Part shown: positions 1 through 10,615 of the stretch, piece by piece
Position numbering within the stretch: position 1 is the stretch's first letter
Layout of the letters: the number at the start of each line of letters is the position of its first letter
Source of the DNA: Actinomycetota bacterium
Lineage (GTDB): Bacteria > Actinomycetota > Actinomycetes > Nanopelagicales > Nanopelagicaceae
Assembly: GCA_009699205.1 (NCBI GenBank)
Contig: WLOP01000004.1
Location: 49,212-113,211, forward strand
Length of the DNA stretch: 64,000 nucleotides
Direction of reading: 5' to 3'
Position numbers and translations under genes: made by a program
The notes under the pieces: generated by a model
What the model was told of the DNA's origin: nothing
Databases searched by the model: none
The model's input: only the letters and a program-made list of their open reading frames with translations

Positions 1-2161
1 TAGTTAATTGATGGAAGACAATGATGTCATCGATGCGGTTGAGGAACTCGGGACGGAAATGAGTCTTAAGTTCATCCCCAACCTTGGCCTTCATTCGCTC
101 ATAATTGCTCAATTCATCATCTGAATTAGCAAACCCGAGTCCTGCGCCTTTGGATATATCGCGAGTACCGAGGTTGGTAGTCATGATGATGACAGTGTTT
201 TTGAAATCCACAACGCGACCTTGTGCATCGGTGAGGCGTCCATCTTCAAGAACTTGAAGAAGTGAGTTGAAGATATCTGGGTGAGCTTTTTCGATTTCAT
301 CGAAGAGCACAACAGAGAATGGTTTGCGACGTACTTTCTCGGTCAACTGTCCGCCTTCGTCATATCCAACAAACCCTGGAGGTGCTCCAAATAGACGCGA
401 TGCTGTGTGGCGTTCGGAGTATTCAGACATATCTAATTGGATTAACGCATCGGCACTTCCAAAGAGGAATGCAGCCAAAGTGCGCGAGAGTTCGGTCTTA
501 CCAACACCTGATGGGCCAGCGAAAATAAATGAACCACCGGGGCGCTTAGGGTCTTTGAGCCCTGCGCGCGTACGACGAATCGCTTGTGAAAGCGCTTTAA
601 TCGCTTGATCTTGACCGATGACTCGGCGGTGCAATTCATCTTCCATACGGAGCAGACGCGCAGTCTCTTCTTCGGTCAACTTGAATACTGGAATTCCAGT
701 TGCGATTGAAAGTACTTCCGCAATGAGCTCTTCATCAACTTCGGTAACCATGTCGAGGTCGCCAGCTTTCCAAGTTTTTTCGCGCTCGGCTTTCTCAAGA
801 ATTAAGTTCTTTTCTGTATCGCGAAGAGCGGCTGCTTTCTCGAAATCTTGCCCATCAATTGCAGATTCCTTCTCCTTGCGGGCGGTTGCGATTTTTTCAT
901 CGAATTCGCGTAGCTCAGGAGGTGCGGTCATGCGACGGATACGAAGTCGTGATCCGGCTTCATCGATGAGGTCAATAGCTTTATCTGGCAGGAAGCGATC
1001 AGATACATAACGATCTGCCAAGGTTGCAGCAGAAACAAGTGCTGCATCGGAGATTGAAACTCGGTGATGGGTTTCGTAGCGATCGCGAAGACCTTTCAGA
1101 ATTTCAATAGTGTGAGCAAGAGATGGTTCTGCCACTTGAATTGGCTGGAAACGACGTTCTAGCGCAGCATCTTTTTCAAGGTGCTTGCGATATTCATCCA
1201 AAGTTGTAGCACCGATTGTCTGGAGCTCTCCACGAGCCAACATTGGTTTAAGAATGCTAGCTGCATCGATTGCGCCTTCAGCAGCGCCTGCGCCCACAAG
1301 GGTGTGAATTTCATCGATAAACAAGATGATGTCACCGCGTGTGCGGATCTCCTTCAAAACTTTCTTTAGGCGTTCTTCAAAATCTCCACGGTAACGACTT
1401 CCAGCAACAAGGGCGCCAAGATCAAGTGAGTAGAGCTGCTTATCCTTAAGGGTTTCAGGAACATCGCCCTTCACAATTGCTTGAGCAAGACCTTCAACAA
1501 CGGCTGTTTTACCAACACCTGGTTCGCCAATGAGCACTGGGTTATTTTTTGTACGGCGAGAAAGAACTTGCATCACACGTTCGATCTCTTTTTCGCGACC
1601 AATAACTGGATCTAACTTACCTTCACGTGCTGCTTGTGTGAGGTTGCGACCAAATTGATCAAGAACCAACGAGGTTGAAGGCGTACCTTCGGCTGGACCA
1701 CCAGTGGTGACAGTCTCTTTGCCTTGATAACCCGAAAGAAGTTGAATTACTTGTTGGCGAACGCGAGCAAGATCTGCGCCGAGTTTCATTAAGACTTGAG
1801 CGGCAACGCCTTCACCTTCGCGAATAAGGCCGAGCAAAATATGTTCTGTGCCAATGTAGTTGTGTCCCAGCTGCAACGCTTCGCGGAGAGAGAGTTCGAG
1901 AACTTTCTTTGCGCGTGGAGTAAAGGGAATGTGACCGCTTGGTGCTTGTTGTCCTTGGCCGATAATTTCTTCAACTTGCGAACGAACTGCCTCAAGTGAA
2001 ATTCCTAGCGATTCAAGAGCTTTTGCAGCAACGCCTTCACCTTCGTGTATCAGACCAAGGAGAATGTGCTCGGTGCCGATGTAATTGTGGTTGAGCATGC
2101 GTGCTTCTTCTTGAGCCAAGACAACAACTCGTCGGGCTCGGTCTGTAAAGCGCTCAAACAT
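1..2161 (-). CDS. clpC: ATP-dependent Clp protease ATP-binding subunit ClpC (5' part; C-terminus lies beyond window start)
   Basis: My own minus-strand translation from the ATG at 2161-2159 gives [37 protein letters not shown]..., with a duplicated Clp_N repeat. Walker [10 protein letters not shown] and a second GPSGVGKTE are present. The ORF runs off base 1, so it is missing from the ORF track. The + strand ORFs 319-1999 are antisense artefacts. Confidence 0.95.
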   Translation of the reverse strand, partial: MFERFTDRARRVVVLAQEEARMLNHNYIGTEHILLGLIHEGEGVAAKALESLGISLEAVRSQVEEIIGQGQQAPSGHIPFTPRAKKVLELSLREALQLGHNYIGTEHILLGLIREGEGVAAQVLMKLGADLARVRQQVIQLLSGYQGKETVTTGGPAEGTPSTSLVLDQFGRNLTQAAREGKLDPVIGREKEIERVMQVLSRRTKNNPVLIGEPGVGKTAVVEGLAQAIVKGDVPETLKDKQLYSLDLGALVAGSRYRGDFEERLKKVLKEIRTRGDIILFIDEIHTLVGAGAAEGAIDAASILKPMLARGELQTIGATTLDEYRKHLEKDAALERRFQPIQVAEPSLAHTIEILKGLRDRYETHHRVSISDAALVSAATLADRYVSDRFLPDKAIDLIDEAGSRLRIRRMTAPPELREFDEKIATARKEKESAIDGQDFEKAAALRDTEKNLILEKAEREKTWKAGDLDMVTEVDEELIAEVLSIATGIPVFKLTEEETARLLRMEDELHRRVIGQDQAIKALSQAIRRTRAGLKDPKRPGGSFIFAGPSGVGKTELSRTLAAFLFGSADALIQLDMSEYSERHTASRLFGAPPGFVGYDEGGQLTEKVRRKPFSVVLFDEIEKAHPDIFNSLLQVLEDGRLTDAQGRVVDFKNTVIIMTTNLGTRDISKGAGLGFANSDDELSNYERMKAKVGDELKTHFRPEFLNRIDDIIVFHQLT

Positions 2162-2298
2162 GTAGTACTCCTTCATCGACTAATCAGATAAGCCTAATGC
2201 CACGCGGGGTAAGCATGCGAGGCGAGGTTTGGTCCTGCCCTCTACAACCCTAGATATGGGCTTTTTATGCCCGTATGCCCCAGATATTGAGGAGCAGG

Positions 2299-2793
2299 TT
2301 AGAGGTGTTTGAGCATTCGGGTATTGCCCAAGGTGTTGGGTTTTACGCTCTCAAGATCGAGGAACTCAGCGATACCTGTGTCATATGAGTGGAGAAGTTG
2401 GCTATATACCTCAGGGTCCACAGGTGTTCCTTCAATTGCTTCGAAACCATGGCGCCCAAAAAACTCTGTTTCGAATGTCAGGCAGAAAATTCTCTTCACA
2501 CCAATAGCTCGAGCTCGATCAATAACTGCTTCGAGAATTTGGTGGCCAACGCCTTTGCCTCGCAAATGCTCAGCAACTGCAACGGTGCGAACTTCTGCTA
2601 GATCTTCCCAGAGAACATGGAGCGCGCCGCACCCAACGACCGCTCCATCTTCGATTGCAACTGTGAATTCCTGAACGCTTTCATAGAGCGTTACCGTTTC
2701 CTTCGAAAGCAAGCGACGTTGTGGTGCGTATGTATCAATAAGTTTGCGGATGCCTTTAATGTCAGTTGATTTTGCTGGCCTGATTTCTAGCAT
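2299..2793 (-). CDS. GNAT-family N-acetyltransferase (short ArgA-like amino-acid acetyltransferase type)
   Basis: 164 aa with the GNAT acetyl-CoA motif RGKGVGHQIL. Its size and layout resemble the short actinobacterial N-acetylglutamate-synthase-like enzymes. It lies 2 nt from the lysS stop. Confidence 0.7.
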   Translation of the reverse strand: MLEIRPAKSTDIKGIRKLIDTYAPQRRLLSKETVTLYESVQEFTVAIEDGAVVGCGALHVLWEDLAEVRTVAVAEHLRGKGVGHQILEAVIDRARAIGVKRIFCLTFETEFFGRHGFEAIEGTPVDPEVYSQLLHSYDTGIAEFLDLESVKPNTLGNTRMLKHL

Positions 2794-2795
2794 CG

Positions 2796-4298
2796 TTACT
2801 CAACCTCAGGCTTAACTAGCGGGAAGAGAATTGTTTCACGAATACCTAAACCAGTAAGCGCCATTAATAAGCGATCGACTCCCATACCGAGTCCACCCAT
2901 TGGGGGCATTCCAAATTCCATTGCACGTAAGAAATCTTCGTCAACGCTCATTGCTTCGACATCGCCCTTTGCACCCAAGCGCGCTTGCTCGACAAGACGT
3001 TCACGTTGAATAACCGGATCAATAAGTTCGGAATATCCTGTTGCCAACTCAAACCCATCTACATAGAGGTCCCACTTTTCTACAACGCCAGGGAGTTCGC
3101 GATGTGCCCTAACAAGTGGTGCATTGTCGATAGGGAAGCCCATAACAAATGTTGGTTCTGTTAACTTTCCAGCGGTCACATGTTCAAAAATCTCTTCGGC
3201 CAATTTGCCGGTGATCCAATTAGGATCCATTTTGATACCTAGTTTGGTGGCGATCTTCTTCAATTCTTCGTGTGGAGTAAGGGCCGTAACGCTCTCCCCT
3301 ACACCATCAGAAATTGCATCATAAAGAGAAATCTCTTTCCACGTTCCGCCGAGATCTGATTCGCGACCATCATGGTGCTTAGCCACATGAGACCCGAAGA
3401 TAGCCATGGAAGCGTTCTGAACTAAAGCGCGAGCAAGATCGGCTTTAGTTCGCCAATCTGCGTACGCTTCATAACTTTCAATCATCGCAAACTCTGGCGA
3501 ATGGCTTGAGTCCGCTCCTTCGTTTCGGAAGTTACGGTTAATCTCAAAGACTCGTTCGATTCCACCAACAACGCAACGCTTCAAGAAAAGTTCAGGCGCA
3601 ATCCGCAAGAAAAGTTCCATGTCATATGCATTGCTTAAAGTCTTAAAAGGTCGAGCTGCAGCGCCACCATGTTGAACTTGTAACATTGGTGTTTCGACTT
3701 CGAGATAGTCGCGTGAGTGGAAAGTTTCGCGCAAGGAACGCATAACGGCAGGGCGCATGCGAGCATTAGTTCGCGCTTCTGGCCGAACAATTAAATCTAC
3801 ATAGCGCATGCGAACTCGAGTCTCTTCAGACATCGGCTTGTGATCGTTTGGTAGTGGGCGTAGTGATTTTGCAGCGAGCTTCCAGCTATTAGCTAGAATT
3901 GAAAGCTCGCCTCGTTTAGAAGTGATGATCTCACCAGTCACGCTGACAATGTCACCTAAATCAATTTCGCTCTTCCAAGCATCTAGCGAAGTTTCGCCAA
4001 CTTTATCTAGCGAGAACATAGCTTGGAGTTCTGTGCCATCGCCTTCACGAAGCGTCGCAAAACATAACTTGCCTGTGTCGCGCTTGAAGATAATCCGACC
4101 AGTAAGGCTTTCGATATCCCCTGTTGCTACATCAATTTCTAGCGCTGCATATTTGCTGCGGACGTGCGAGAGAGAAGATGTGCGGGGGACAGAGACGGGA
4201 TATGGCTCAATACCTTGTTCGAGGAGCCCGGCACGCTTTTCGCGTCGGATGCGTAATTGCTCAGGTAGATCTTCGTCTGGGATTTCGTTCTCGGCCAT
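2796..4298 (-). CDS. lysS: lysine--tRNA ligase, class II
   Basis: 500 aa with an N-terminal OB anticodon-binding region. Class II motifs are present (..NRNFRNEGADSSHSPEF.., ..GGLGMGVDRLLMAL..). Confidence 0.95.
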   Translation of the reverse strand: MAENEIPDEDLPEQLRIRREKRAGLLEQGIEPYPVSVPRTSSLSHVRSKYAALEIDVATGDIESLTGRIIFKRDTGKLCFATLREGDGTELQAMFSLDKVGETSLDAWKSEIDLGDIVSVTGEIITSKRGELSILANSWKLAAKSLRPLPNDHKPMSEETRVRMRYVDLIVRPEARTNARMRPAVMRSLRETFHSRDYLEVETPMLQVQHGGAAARPFKTLSNAYDMELFLRIAPELFLKRCVVGGIERVFEINRNFRNEGADSSHSPEFAMIESYEAYADWRTKADLARALVQNASMAIFGSHVAKHHDGRESDLGGTWKEISLYDAISDGVGESVTALTPHEELKKIATKLGIKMDPNWITGKLAEEIFEHVTAGKLTEPTFVMGFPIDNAPLVRAHRELPGVVEKWDLYVDGFELATGYSELIDPVIQRERLVEQARLGAKGDVEAMSVDEDFLRAMEFGMPPMGGLGMGVDRLLMALTGLGIRETILFPLVKPEVE

Positions 4299-4318
4299 AG
4301 TGCGGTAAGCCTACCTAT

Positions 4319-5086
4319 CTATGCATTTCTCTCGTGAATTAAACGCAGCCCAGTCAAGGTCAGATCTGGCTCGTAGTGCTCAATACTCTCTGCAATCCCG
4401 AAAACTAGCGGTGCAAGGCCACCAGTCGCAATTACCGTGGGTTTGCCTTCATAACTCTCTGCTAATTCTTCAGTAATTCGCTTCACAAGACCATCTACTT
4501 GCCCGGCAAAGCCAAATATCGTGCCAGATTGCAAAGCCTCAACAGTGTTCTTGCCAATTACTGATCTCGGCCGAACTAACTCCACTTTACGCAGCTGCGC
4601 GGCGCGAGCAGCTAGAGCATCTACTGAGATTTCGATTCCAGGAGCGAGTGCACCACCTAAGAACTCACCTTTAGGCGAAACAACATCTAAGTTGGTAGAA
4701 GTTCCAAAATCTACAACGATCGCTGGACCATTGGGATAAAGCGTGTGTGCTGCCAAGGTATTAACAATTCGGTCTGCCCCAATTTCCTTAGGGTTATCAA
4801 CCAAGAGCGGGACGCCGGTTTTGATACCGGGTTCGACTATGGAAGTGGGAATATTTGGATAATAGTTATTAATCATCGTCCTGAGTTCTCGCAACGTTGC
4901 TGGAACTGTAGAGCAAACCGCTAATCCAGTTATTTCATACTGTGCGACGAGGGCACCAAATTGCAGCCACAACTCATCTGCAGTATTGCGAGCATCAGTC
5001 TTTACGCGCCAAGATCGGATGAGCTCTTTATCTTTGAATACGCCAAGAACTGTATTTGTATTTCCTACATCGATTGTAAGTAGCAT
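4319..5086 (-). CDS. coaX: type III pantothenate kinase
   Basis: 255 aa. It has the N-terminal MLLTIDVGNTNT phosphate-binding motif of the ASKHA fold and a conserved GADR segment. Confidence 0.9.
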   Translation of the reverse strand: MLLTIDVGNTNTVLGVFKDKELIRSWRVKTDARNTADELWLQFGALVAQYEITGLAVCSTVPATLRELRTMINNYYPNIPTSIVEPGIKTGVPLLVDNPKEIGADRIVNTLAAHTLYPNGPAIVVDFGTSTNLDVVSPKGEFLGGALAPGIEISVDALAARAAQLRKVELVRPRSVIGKNTVEALQSGTIFGFAGQVDGLVKRITEELAESYEGKPTVIATGGLAPLVFGIAESIEHYEPDLTLTGLRLIHERNA

Positions 5087-5947
5087 TTAGATCTCCGCCT
5101 TAAGGTCGAGTCCGATATCTAGAACTGGTGCTGAGTGTGTAAGAGCGCCAACTGCAAGAAAGTCAACGCCGGTTTCTGCATACTTCTTAGCGTTCTCTAG
5201 AGTGAGACCGCCTGAAGCTTCGAGCTTTACTTTTCCACCACTAAGGGAGACTGCTTGCTGGCACTGCTCTGGGCTCATATTGTCGAGCAGAATCAAATCT
5301 GGGTTAAGGGAAAGAGCCTCATTTAACTGTTCGAAGGTATCAACTTCGATTTCGATTTCGATATCTGGGTATTTTCCACGGACGCTGTTAAAAGCTTGAG
5401 TAACGCCACCTGCCGCTTCAACGTGATTGTCCTTAATTAACGCTGATTGGCTGAGGGAAAGTCGGTGGTTAGTTCCACCGCCCATGAGTACTGCGTATTT
5501 TTCAAGTTTGCGCAAACCAGGGGTTGTTTTGCGAGTATCCCTGATCTTCGTGGATGTCCCTGCGACTGCATCTACCCATGCACGCGTCAACGTTGCAATA
5601 CCGCTTAGATGAGAGAGGAAGTTCAGCGCAGTGCGTTCTGCAAGCAAGAGTGCGCGCGTATTTCCTCGGGCTCGCAAAATCACCGTTCCTGCTTCTACTT
5701 TAGATCCATCTCCTACCAAAATTTCGATATCTGTAATTCCCAAATATTCAAGAACTTCTTGTACGACACCGACTCCAGCTATGACTCCTGGTTTTCTGTT
5801 GATGAACTCTGCAACTACTTTTTCGTTTCCTGTAAGAGTTGCCATTGAGGTTACATCTTCTCCGCCAGCTAGATCTTCTGCTAATGCGGCTTTAATTAAC
5901 TCTGTGTACTGATTCAATTTGCCACCTCCTGCAGTGTTGAATTCCAT
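5087..5947 (-). CDS. nadC: nicotinate-nucleotide diphosphorylase (quinolinate phosphoribosyltransferase)
   Basis: The ORF is 5087-6022. The NadC-like sequence (ALAEDLAGGEDVTS.., LIKDNH) starts after the ATG at 5947 (MEFNT..), which gives about 286 aa. Either start overlaps the nadB 3' end. Confidence 0.85.
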   Translation of the reverse strand: MEFNTAGGGKLNQYTELIKAALAEDLAGGEDVTSMATLTGNEKVVAEFINRKPGVIAGVGVVQEVLEYLGITDIEILVGDGSKVEAGTVILRARGNTRALLLAERTALNFLSHLSGIATLTRAWVDAVAGTSTKIRDTRKTTPGLRKLEKYAVLMGGGTNHRLSLSQSALIKDNHVEAAGGVTQAFNSVRGKYPDIEIEIEVDTFEQLNEALSLNPDLILLDNMSPEQCQQAVSLSGGKVKLEASGGLTLENAKKYAETGVDFLAVGALTHSAPVLDIGLDLKAEI

Positions 5948-7524
5948 GTCCCATCCTTTTCCAGATGTTGCAAAATTCGTTTGCTCCACTGAGGAGAGGT
6001 TTCGGGGAAGTCTTCGCGCCAATGAGAGCCGCGTGTTTCTTCTCTCTCAAGAGCTGAACGAACAATCGCTTGTGCTAGTTGTAGAAGATTGCTTGTTTCC
6101 CAAGCTTCGACACATGGGTTTGTACTAGTGCTTGTTGCAACAATTGCCAATTCTTTTTCGGTCTCTTCTAAAGAATGGGCCGAGCGCAATACACCGGCTC
6201 CACGGCTCATGCTCGATTGCAAATGTTTACGTGCTTGTGGCTCTATAAGAAACGATGAATCTACTTCATGAATTGGCTCTGTAAATTCCGGAAGGTTCTT
6301 TGCAATATCAGCTGCGATTCGAGCGCTAAAGACCAAGCCTTCAAGAAGTGAATTGGAGGCCAATCGATTAGCGCCATGGACTCCAGAACATGCAGTTTCA
6401 CCACAGGCATAAAGTCCTTTCACGCTTGTATGTCCGTTGAGGTCAACCCTTGCACCACCGGATGCATAGTGTGAAGCGGGCGCTACCGGTATCAAATCTC
6501 TCAGCGGATCTATTCCATGCGCCAAACATGAAGCGTAAATAGTTGGGAATCGATCAGTAAATCCTTCGATGTGGCGAACATCGAGCCAGACATGATGTGC
6601 ACCTGTTTCATTCATGCGACGCATGATTGCAATTGCTACAACATCTCGTGGAGCAAGCTCGGCCAAAGGATGCAGTCCCACCATAAATCTTTCACCTGCG
6701 TCGTCTAACAGGTATGCACCTTCTCCTCGCACCGCTTCGCTAATGAGTGGTTGCTGCCCCTTTGAGCCATCGCCTAACCAGAGCACGGTCGGATGGAATT
6801 GGATGAATTCAACATCAGCAACTTGCGCACCCGCGCGCAAGGCGAGAGCGACTCCATCGCCCGTGGAAACTGGCGGATTTGTTGTTTGTGCGAAAACTTG
6901 TCCTAATCCCCCAGTAGCAAGTACAACTGCGCGACCAATCGCTTGACCTACCCCATCACGTGTTCCTGCCCCAATAACGTGGAGAGTCACTCCACAAACT
7001 GCACCGCTTTCGTTCTTGAGTGCATCTAATACAAGTGCGTGCTCGACTACTTCAATATCTGGATCATTACGAACGGCAGCAAGGAGCGCACGCGAAACTT
7101 CTGCACCAGTTGCATCTCCTCCTGCATGCAGAATTCGATTGCGCAGGTGTCCACCTTCTCGCGTTAAAGCAATCTCGCCAGTGGCTTCTTTATCAAAAAC
7201 TGCGCCTCTTGCAATGAGTTTTCGTACGGCTTCTGGCCCTTCTGAAACTAAAACTTTGACTGCATCAAAATCACAGAGCCCTGCACCTGCAACAAGGGTG
7301 TCTTTCTCATGCTGATCCGGAGAATCGCCTGGCCCTAGCGCCGCTGCGATACCGCCTTGTGCCCATTTAGTAGAGCCCGCATCTACCCGAGCTTTAGTAA
7401 CAAGCAGAACCGAAAGTCCGAAGGTTCGAATTTGAAGTGCAGTTGTTAATCCCGCAACTCCCGATCCAACAACAATCACATCGGCACGAGCAGTCCAACC
7501 CGGCTTAGGGGCAAGAAGTTTCAT
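5914..7524 (-). CDS. nadB: L-aspartate oxidase
   Basis: 536 aa with an N-terminal FAD dinucleotide fold (DVIVVGSGVAGL). It has the succinate dehydrogenase/fumarate reductase flavoprotein-like core and the C-terminal ..ETRGSHWREDFP.. segment. Confidence 0.93.
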   Translation of the reverse strand: MKLLAPKPGWTARADVIVVGSGVAGLTTALQIRTFGLSVLLVTKARVDAGSTKWAQGGIAAALGPGDSPDQHEKDTLVAGAGLCDFDAVKVLVSEGPEAVRKLIARGAVFDKEATGEIALTREGGHLRNRILHAGGDATGAEVSRALLAAVRNDPDIEVVEHALVLDALKNESGAVCGVTLHVIGAGTRDGVGQAIGRAVVLATGGLGQVFAQTTNPPVSTGDGVALALRAGAQVADVEFIQFHPTVLWLGDGSKGQQPLISEAVRGEGAYLLDDAGERFMVGLHPLAELAPRDVVAIAIMRRMNETGAHHVWLDVRHIEGFTDRFPTIYASCLAHGIDPLRDLIPVAPASHYASGGARVDLNGHTSVKGLYACGETACSGVHGANRLASNSLLEGLVFSARIAADIAKNLPEFTEPIHEVDSSFLIEPQARKHLQSSMSRGAGVLRSAHSLEETEKELAIVATSTSTNPCVEAWETSNLLQLAQAIVRSALEREETRGSHWREDFPETSPQWSKRILQHLEKDGTWNSTLQEVAN

Positions 7525-8327
7525 GCGTGTGCCTGACTCATGGGTCTATTGTCAATCAAACGGACTCCATTTATCCAACCGGCAATGATTGCGCGCTTAG
7601 ATTTGCTCTCATTAGTAGCAATTCCAAAAGTTTCTTCATCGATTATGACGGCATACTCACAGGTGAAGGCTGGTTCAGTAGCTAGCGCTAGCTTCATCGC
7701 CTCTGTCGCTTGATGAACATCTGCAGATGTATCTGCCGCGCTGAGAGCCCGCCATATCACCAAAGCCGCTCTTTTATCCTTGTGATCCAAGTGAATATTT
7801 CGAGAAGAAAGGGCGAGTCCACCTTCGCTACGGATTGTTTTGGCCCTGATTATTTTCACTTTTAGATTCTCTTCTTTCACCATCTTTTCAATTAAGAATA
7901 ATTGCTGAAAATCTTTCTCTCCAAATATCGCCCATTCAGGTTTTGCTAAATCAAATAGCCTCTTCACGACGGTGAGCACACCTGAAAAATGACCGGGGCG
8001 ACCTAAACCTTCAAACTTTTCACCTACAACACCTGCAGATAATTTCTCTATTTCGCCAGGGTAAATCTCATCTTCTTGAGGAAGCCATAAAGTCGATGCT
8101 CCAGATTCTCGAGCAAGATTTTCGTCGCTCTCTGGAGTGCGTGGATACTTAAGTAAATCGCTTGTATCGTTAAATTGAAGTGGGTTCACGAAAATGCTCA
8201 CGACAACATTTTCAGATATTTCACGCGCTTGGCGAATGAGGGATGCATGGCCTTCATGAAGAGCGCCCATCGTCGGAACAAGCGCTGACGCTGAAGGCAA
8301 TTGCGCCGATTTCTCTACTATTTGCAT
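7521..8327 (-). CDS. panC: pantoate--beta-alanine ligase
   Basis: 268 aa with the PTMGALHEGH (HIGH-type) motif. An ATGA overlap joins it to nadB. Confidence 0.92.
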   Translation of the reverse strand: MQIVEKSAQLPSASALVPTMGALHEGHASLIRQAREISENVVVSIFVNPLQFNDTSDLLKYPRTPESDENLARESGASTLWLPQEDEIYPGEIEKLSAGVVGEKFEGLGRPGHFSGVLTVVKRLFDLAKPEWAIFGEKDFQQLFLIEKMVKEENLKVKIIRAKTIRSEGGLALSSRNIHLDHKDKRAALVIWRALSAADTSADVHQATEAMKLALATEPAFTCEYAVIIDEETFGIATNESKSKRAIIAGWINGVRLIDNRPMSQAHA

Positions 8328-8368
8328 CCGCTCCAGTCCTTTCGGGGTACCGGGCCAAGAGGTAAAGG

Positions 8369-8824
8369 TTACTGCGAAGGCGGCAGTTCTTCCAAAATCT
8401 GCTCAATCAAACCTCGTCCTACGAGGTGAGCGGTAGGTTCTATTTCAAGCCAAGGTTCAAGAACAAATCGTCTTTCATGCGCACGAGGATGTGGAAGGGT
8501 TAAATGCGGATCACTGCTTTGAATATCTCCAAAGGTAATGAGGTCGAGATCGATGATGCGTGGGCCCCAGCGTTCAACTCGAATACGCCCCATACTTTTT
8601 TCAATACCTTGGAGCATATGTAAGAAATCAGTTGCAGAAACTTCGCTTTGAATAATACATACAGCGTTGAAATAATCAGGTTGTTCTGGGCCACCTACTG
8701 GTTTTGTTTTATATAAAGATGAAACTGCTAAGACTTCAGTGGCTTCACGTAAAAGCGCTACTGCAAGTTCGATTGCGCCTTGTGGATCATCAAGATTTGC
8801 GCCAAGCGCCACTACCGCTTTCAA
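8369..8824 (-). CDS. folK: 2-amino-4-hydroxy-6-hydroxymethyldihydropteridine diphosphokinase
   Basis: 151 aa with the ..RWGPRIIDLDL.. motif. It sits in the folK-folB-folP-folE gene order. Confidence 0.9.
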   Translation of the reverse strand: MKAVVALGANLDDPQGAIELAVALLREATEVLAVSSLYKTKPVGGPEQPDYFNAVCIIQSEVSATDFLHMLQGIEKSMGRIRVERWGPRIIDLDLITFGDIQSSDPHLTLPHPRAHERRFVLEPWLEIEPTAHLVGRGLIEQILEELPPSQ

Positions 8825-9183
8825 CGAGAGCGTTCAATCGAAACAGAAATATCTAGTACTTCCACTGCGACTGGAGCTTGTGGCTTATGTACCGTGACAA
8901 CCACTTTGTTTAGGAGTGGGAATATAGTTAACAAACGATCAGCAATAGCACCGGCAAGTGCTTCGATTAGCGAAAAGGGCGGACCAACAATTTCTTCAAG
9001 AACGCAATCGCAAACCTTGGCATAGTTAATTGTTTGAGATAAATCATCACTTATTGATGCCTCTTGAAGATTAAGTTCAAGGAGCACATCAACGTAAAAA
9101 TCTTGACCAGTTTTTCTCTCTTCTTCAAATACTCCGTGGTATCCGAAGCCATGAATCCCATTGATTCTGATTGCATCGCTCAT
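8821..9183 (-). CDS. folB: dihydroneopterin aldolase
   Basis: 120 aa, beginning IRINGIHGFGYHGVFEEERKTGQ. A 4-nt overlap on each side links it to folK and folP. Confidence 0.9.
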   Translation of the reverse strand: MSDAIRINGIHGFGYHGVFEEERKTGQDFYVDVLLELNLQEASISDDLSQTINYAKVCDCVLEEIVGPPFSLIEALAGAIADRLLTIFPLLNKVVVTVHKPQAPVAVEVLDISVSIERSR

Positions 9184-9998
9184 GCAAGTTCTCCTGCCAC
9201 TGCAATTGCATCGCGATGTGGTTTCACGCTATGAACTCTAACTCCCCATGTGCCACGTTGTGCCAAGAAATGAGTGAGAGCAATTGTCGCAGCTTCGCGG
9301 TCATCTGGATTTTGTGCTCCAGTGAGATTACCTAAGAATCGTTTACGAGATGCTCCAACTAATACCGGGAACCCCAACTCTTCAAGTGCGGGAAGGTTTG
9401 CGAGAAGAGTCCAATTATCTTCCGCCTCTTTGGCAAAACCCAACCCTGGATCAACAATTAAAGAGTCGCGTTTGATCCCAGCATTTAGCGCCGAGGTAAC
9501 TCTTTGTGAAATTTCTTCAGTAACTTCTCTCACCACATCAGAGTAAGTTGCCATTGACTGCATCTGTTGTGAATCCCCTCGCGTATGCATCGCAATATAA
9601 ACACACCCGAGAGATGCAACTTTTGAGAACATCGCTGAGTCGGAGAGCCCTCCGCTCACATCATTGACTATTTGCGCACCAGCGGAAATGGCTTTTTCGG
9701 CAGTAATCGCTCTCTTGGTATCGATGCTTATGATTGCTCCCGCTTTGGCTAAGACTGTAACCACGGGCAAAATGCGCGCTAATTCTTCATCGACATCTAC
9801 GCGATCAGCGCCAGGCCGTGTTGATTCTCCACCGATATCAATTATGTCTGCGCCTTCTTCAAGCATGACCAATCCACGTTCTATTGCACTCGCAGTGGTT
9901 TGATACCTACCGCCATCAGCAAAAGAATCTGGAGTCACATTCAATATGCCCATAACAATCGTGCGATCTGTGGGTAAATTTAAATCTTTTACTGACAT
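9180..9998 (-). CDS. folP: dihydropteroate synthase
   Basis: 272 aa with the pterin-binding domain (GILNVTPDSFADGG, DIGGESTRPG). Confidence 0.93.
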   Translation of the reverse strand: MSVKDLNLPTDRTIVMGILNVTPDSFADGGRYQTTASAIERGLVMLEEGADIIDIGGESTRPGADRVDVDEELARILPVVTVLAKAGAIISIDTKRAITAEKAISAGAQIVNDVSGGLSDSAMFSKVASLGCVYIAMHTRGDSQQMQSMATYSDVVREVTEEISQRVTSALNAGIKRDSLIVDPGLGFAKEAEDNWTLLANLPALEELGFPVLVGASRKRFLGNLTGAQNPDDREAATIALTHFLAQRGTWGVRVHSVKPHRDAIAVAGELA

Positions 9999-10003
9999 TT
10001 CAA

Positions 10004-10615
10004 CTACCTACGGGTAATAAGGCTGATTGCTTCTGCGCGAGTAGCAGCATCACGCAATTTGCCGCGCACAGCACTTGTCACGGTACGCGCTTGAGTCTTT
10101 CTGACTCCTCGCATCGACATACATAGGTGTTCACATTCGATTATGACAATTACGCCTGCTGGTTCAAGAATTTCGACAAGGGCATCAGCGATTTGAGATG
10201 TCATACGCTCTTGAACTTGTGGGCGTCGAGCAAAGAGATCAACTAGGCGAGCGATTTTCGATAGACCAGTAATCCGTCCCGACGGGATATACCCGACGTG
10301 TGCGACGCCATGAAAAGGAGTGAGGTGGTGCTCACAATGCGAGAAAACATCTATATCTCTAATAATTACCAACTCTTCATGCCCAATATCAAAAGTAGTT
10401 GTCAGCACATCTTCTGGCGACTGCCATAGGCCCGCGAAATTTTCGCTTAACGCCCGAGCAACTCGTGCTGGTGTTTCTCGGAGTCCATCGCGATCTGGAT
10501 CTTCACCCAGCGCTAAGAGCAGTTCTTTTACAGCTCTTTCAGCACGTGCTTGGTCATAAGGGTGTTGGGCCCGACCATCTTGTGGGCCCATAGATACTGA
10601 ATTAATTTCACTCAC
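10004..10615 (-). CDS. folE: GTP cyclohydrolase I
   Basis: 203 aa with the zinc site [12 protein letters not shown]. Confidence 0.93.
   Translation of the reverse strand: MSEINSVSMGPQDGRAQHPYDQARAERAVKELLLALGEDPDRDGLRETPARVARALSENFAGLWQSPEDVLTTTFDIGHEELVIIRDIDVFSHCEHHLTPFHGVAHVGYIPSGRITGLSKIARLVDLFARRPQVQERMTSQIADALVEILEPAGVIVIIECEHLCMSMRGVRKTQARTVTSAVRGKLRDAATRAEAISLITRR

Noticed and set aside
319-1999. Several 60-130 aa ORFs on the + strand (324-608, 618-1010, 1181-1369, 1796-1999) and short - strand ORFs.
   Set aside because: They lie antisense to, or out of frame within, the clpC coding sequence, which translates cleanly on the minus strand. Their Ser/Arg-rich composition is typical of antisense frames.
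2162-2298. ClgR-type operator (CGC-N5-GCG core) or a terminator in the clpC upstream/GNAT downstream gap. The candidate hairpin is TATGGGC-N6-GCCCGTA.
   Set aside because: The only CGC...GCG pair has an 11-nt spacer. The hairpin has a mismatch and no following T-tract on the relevant strand.
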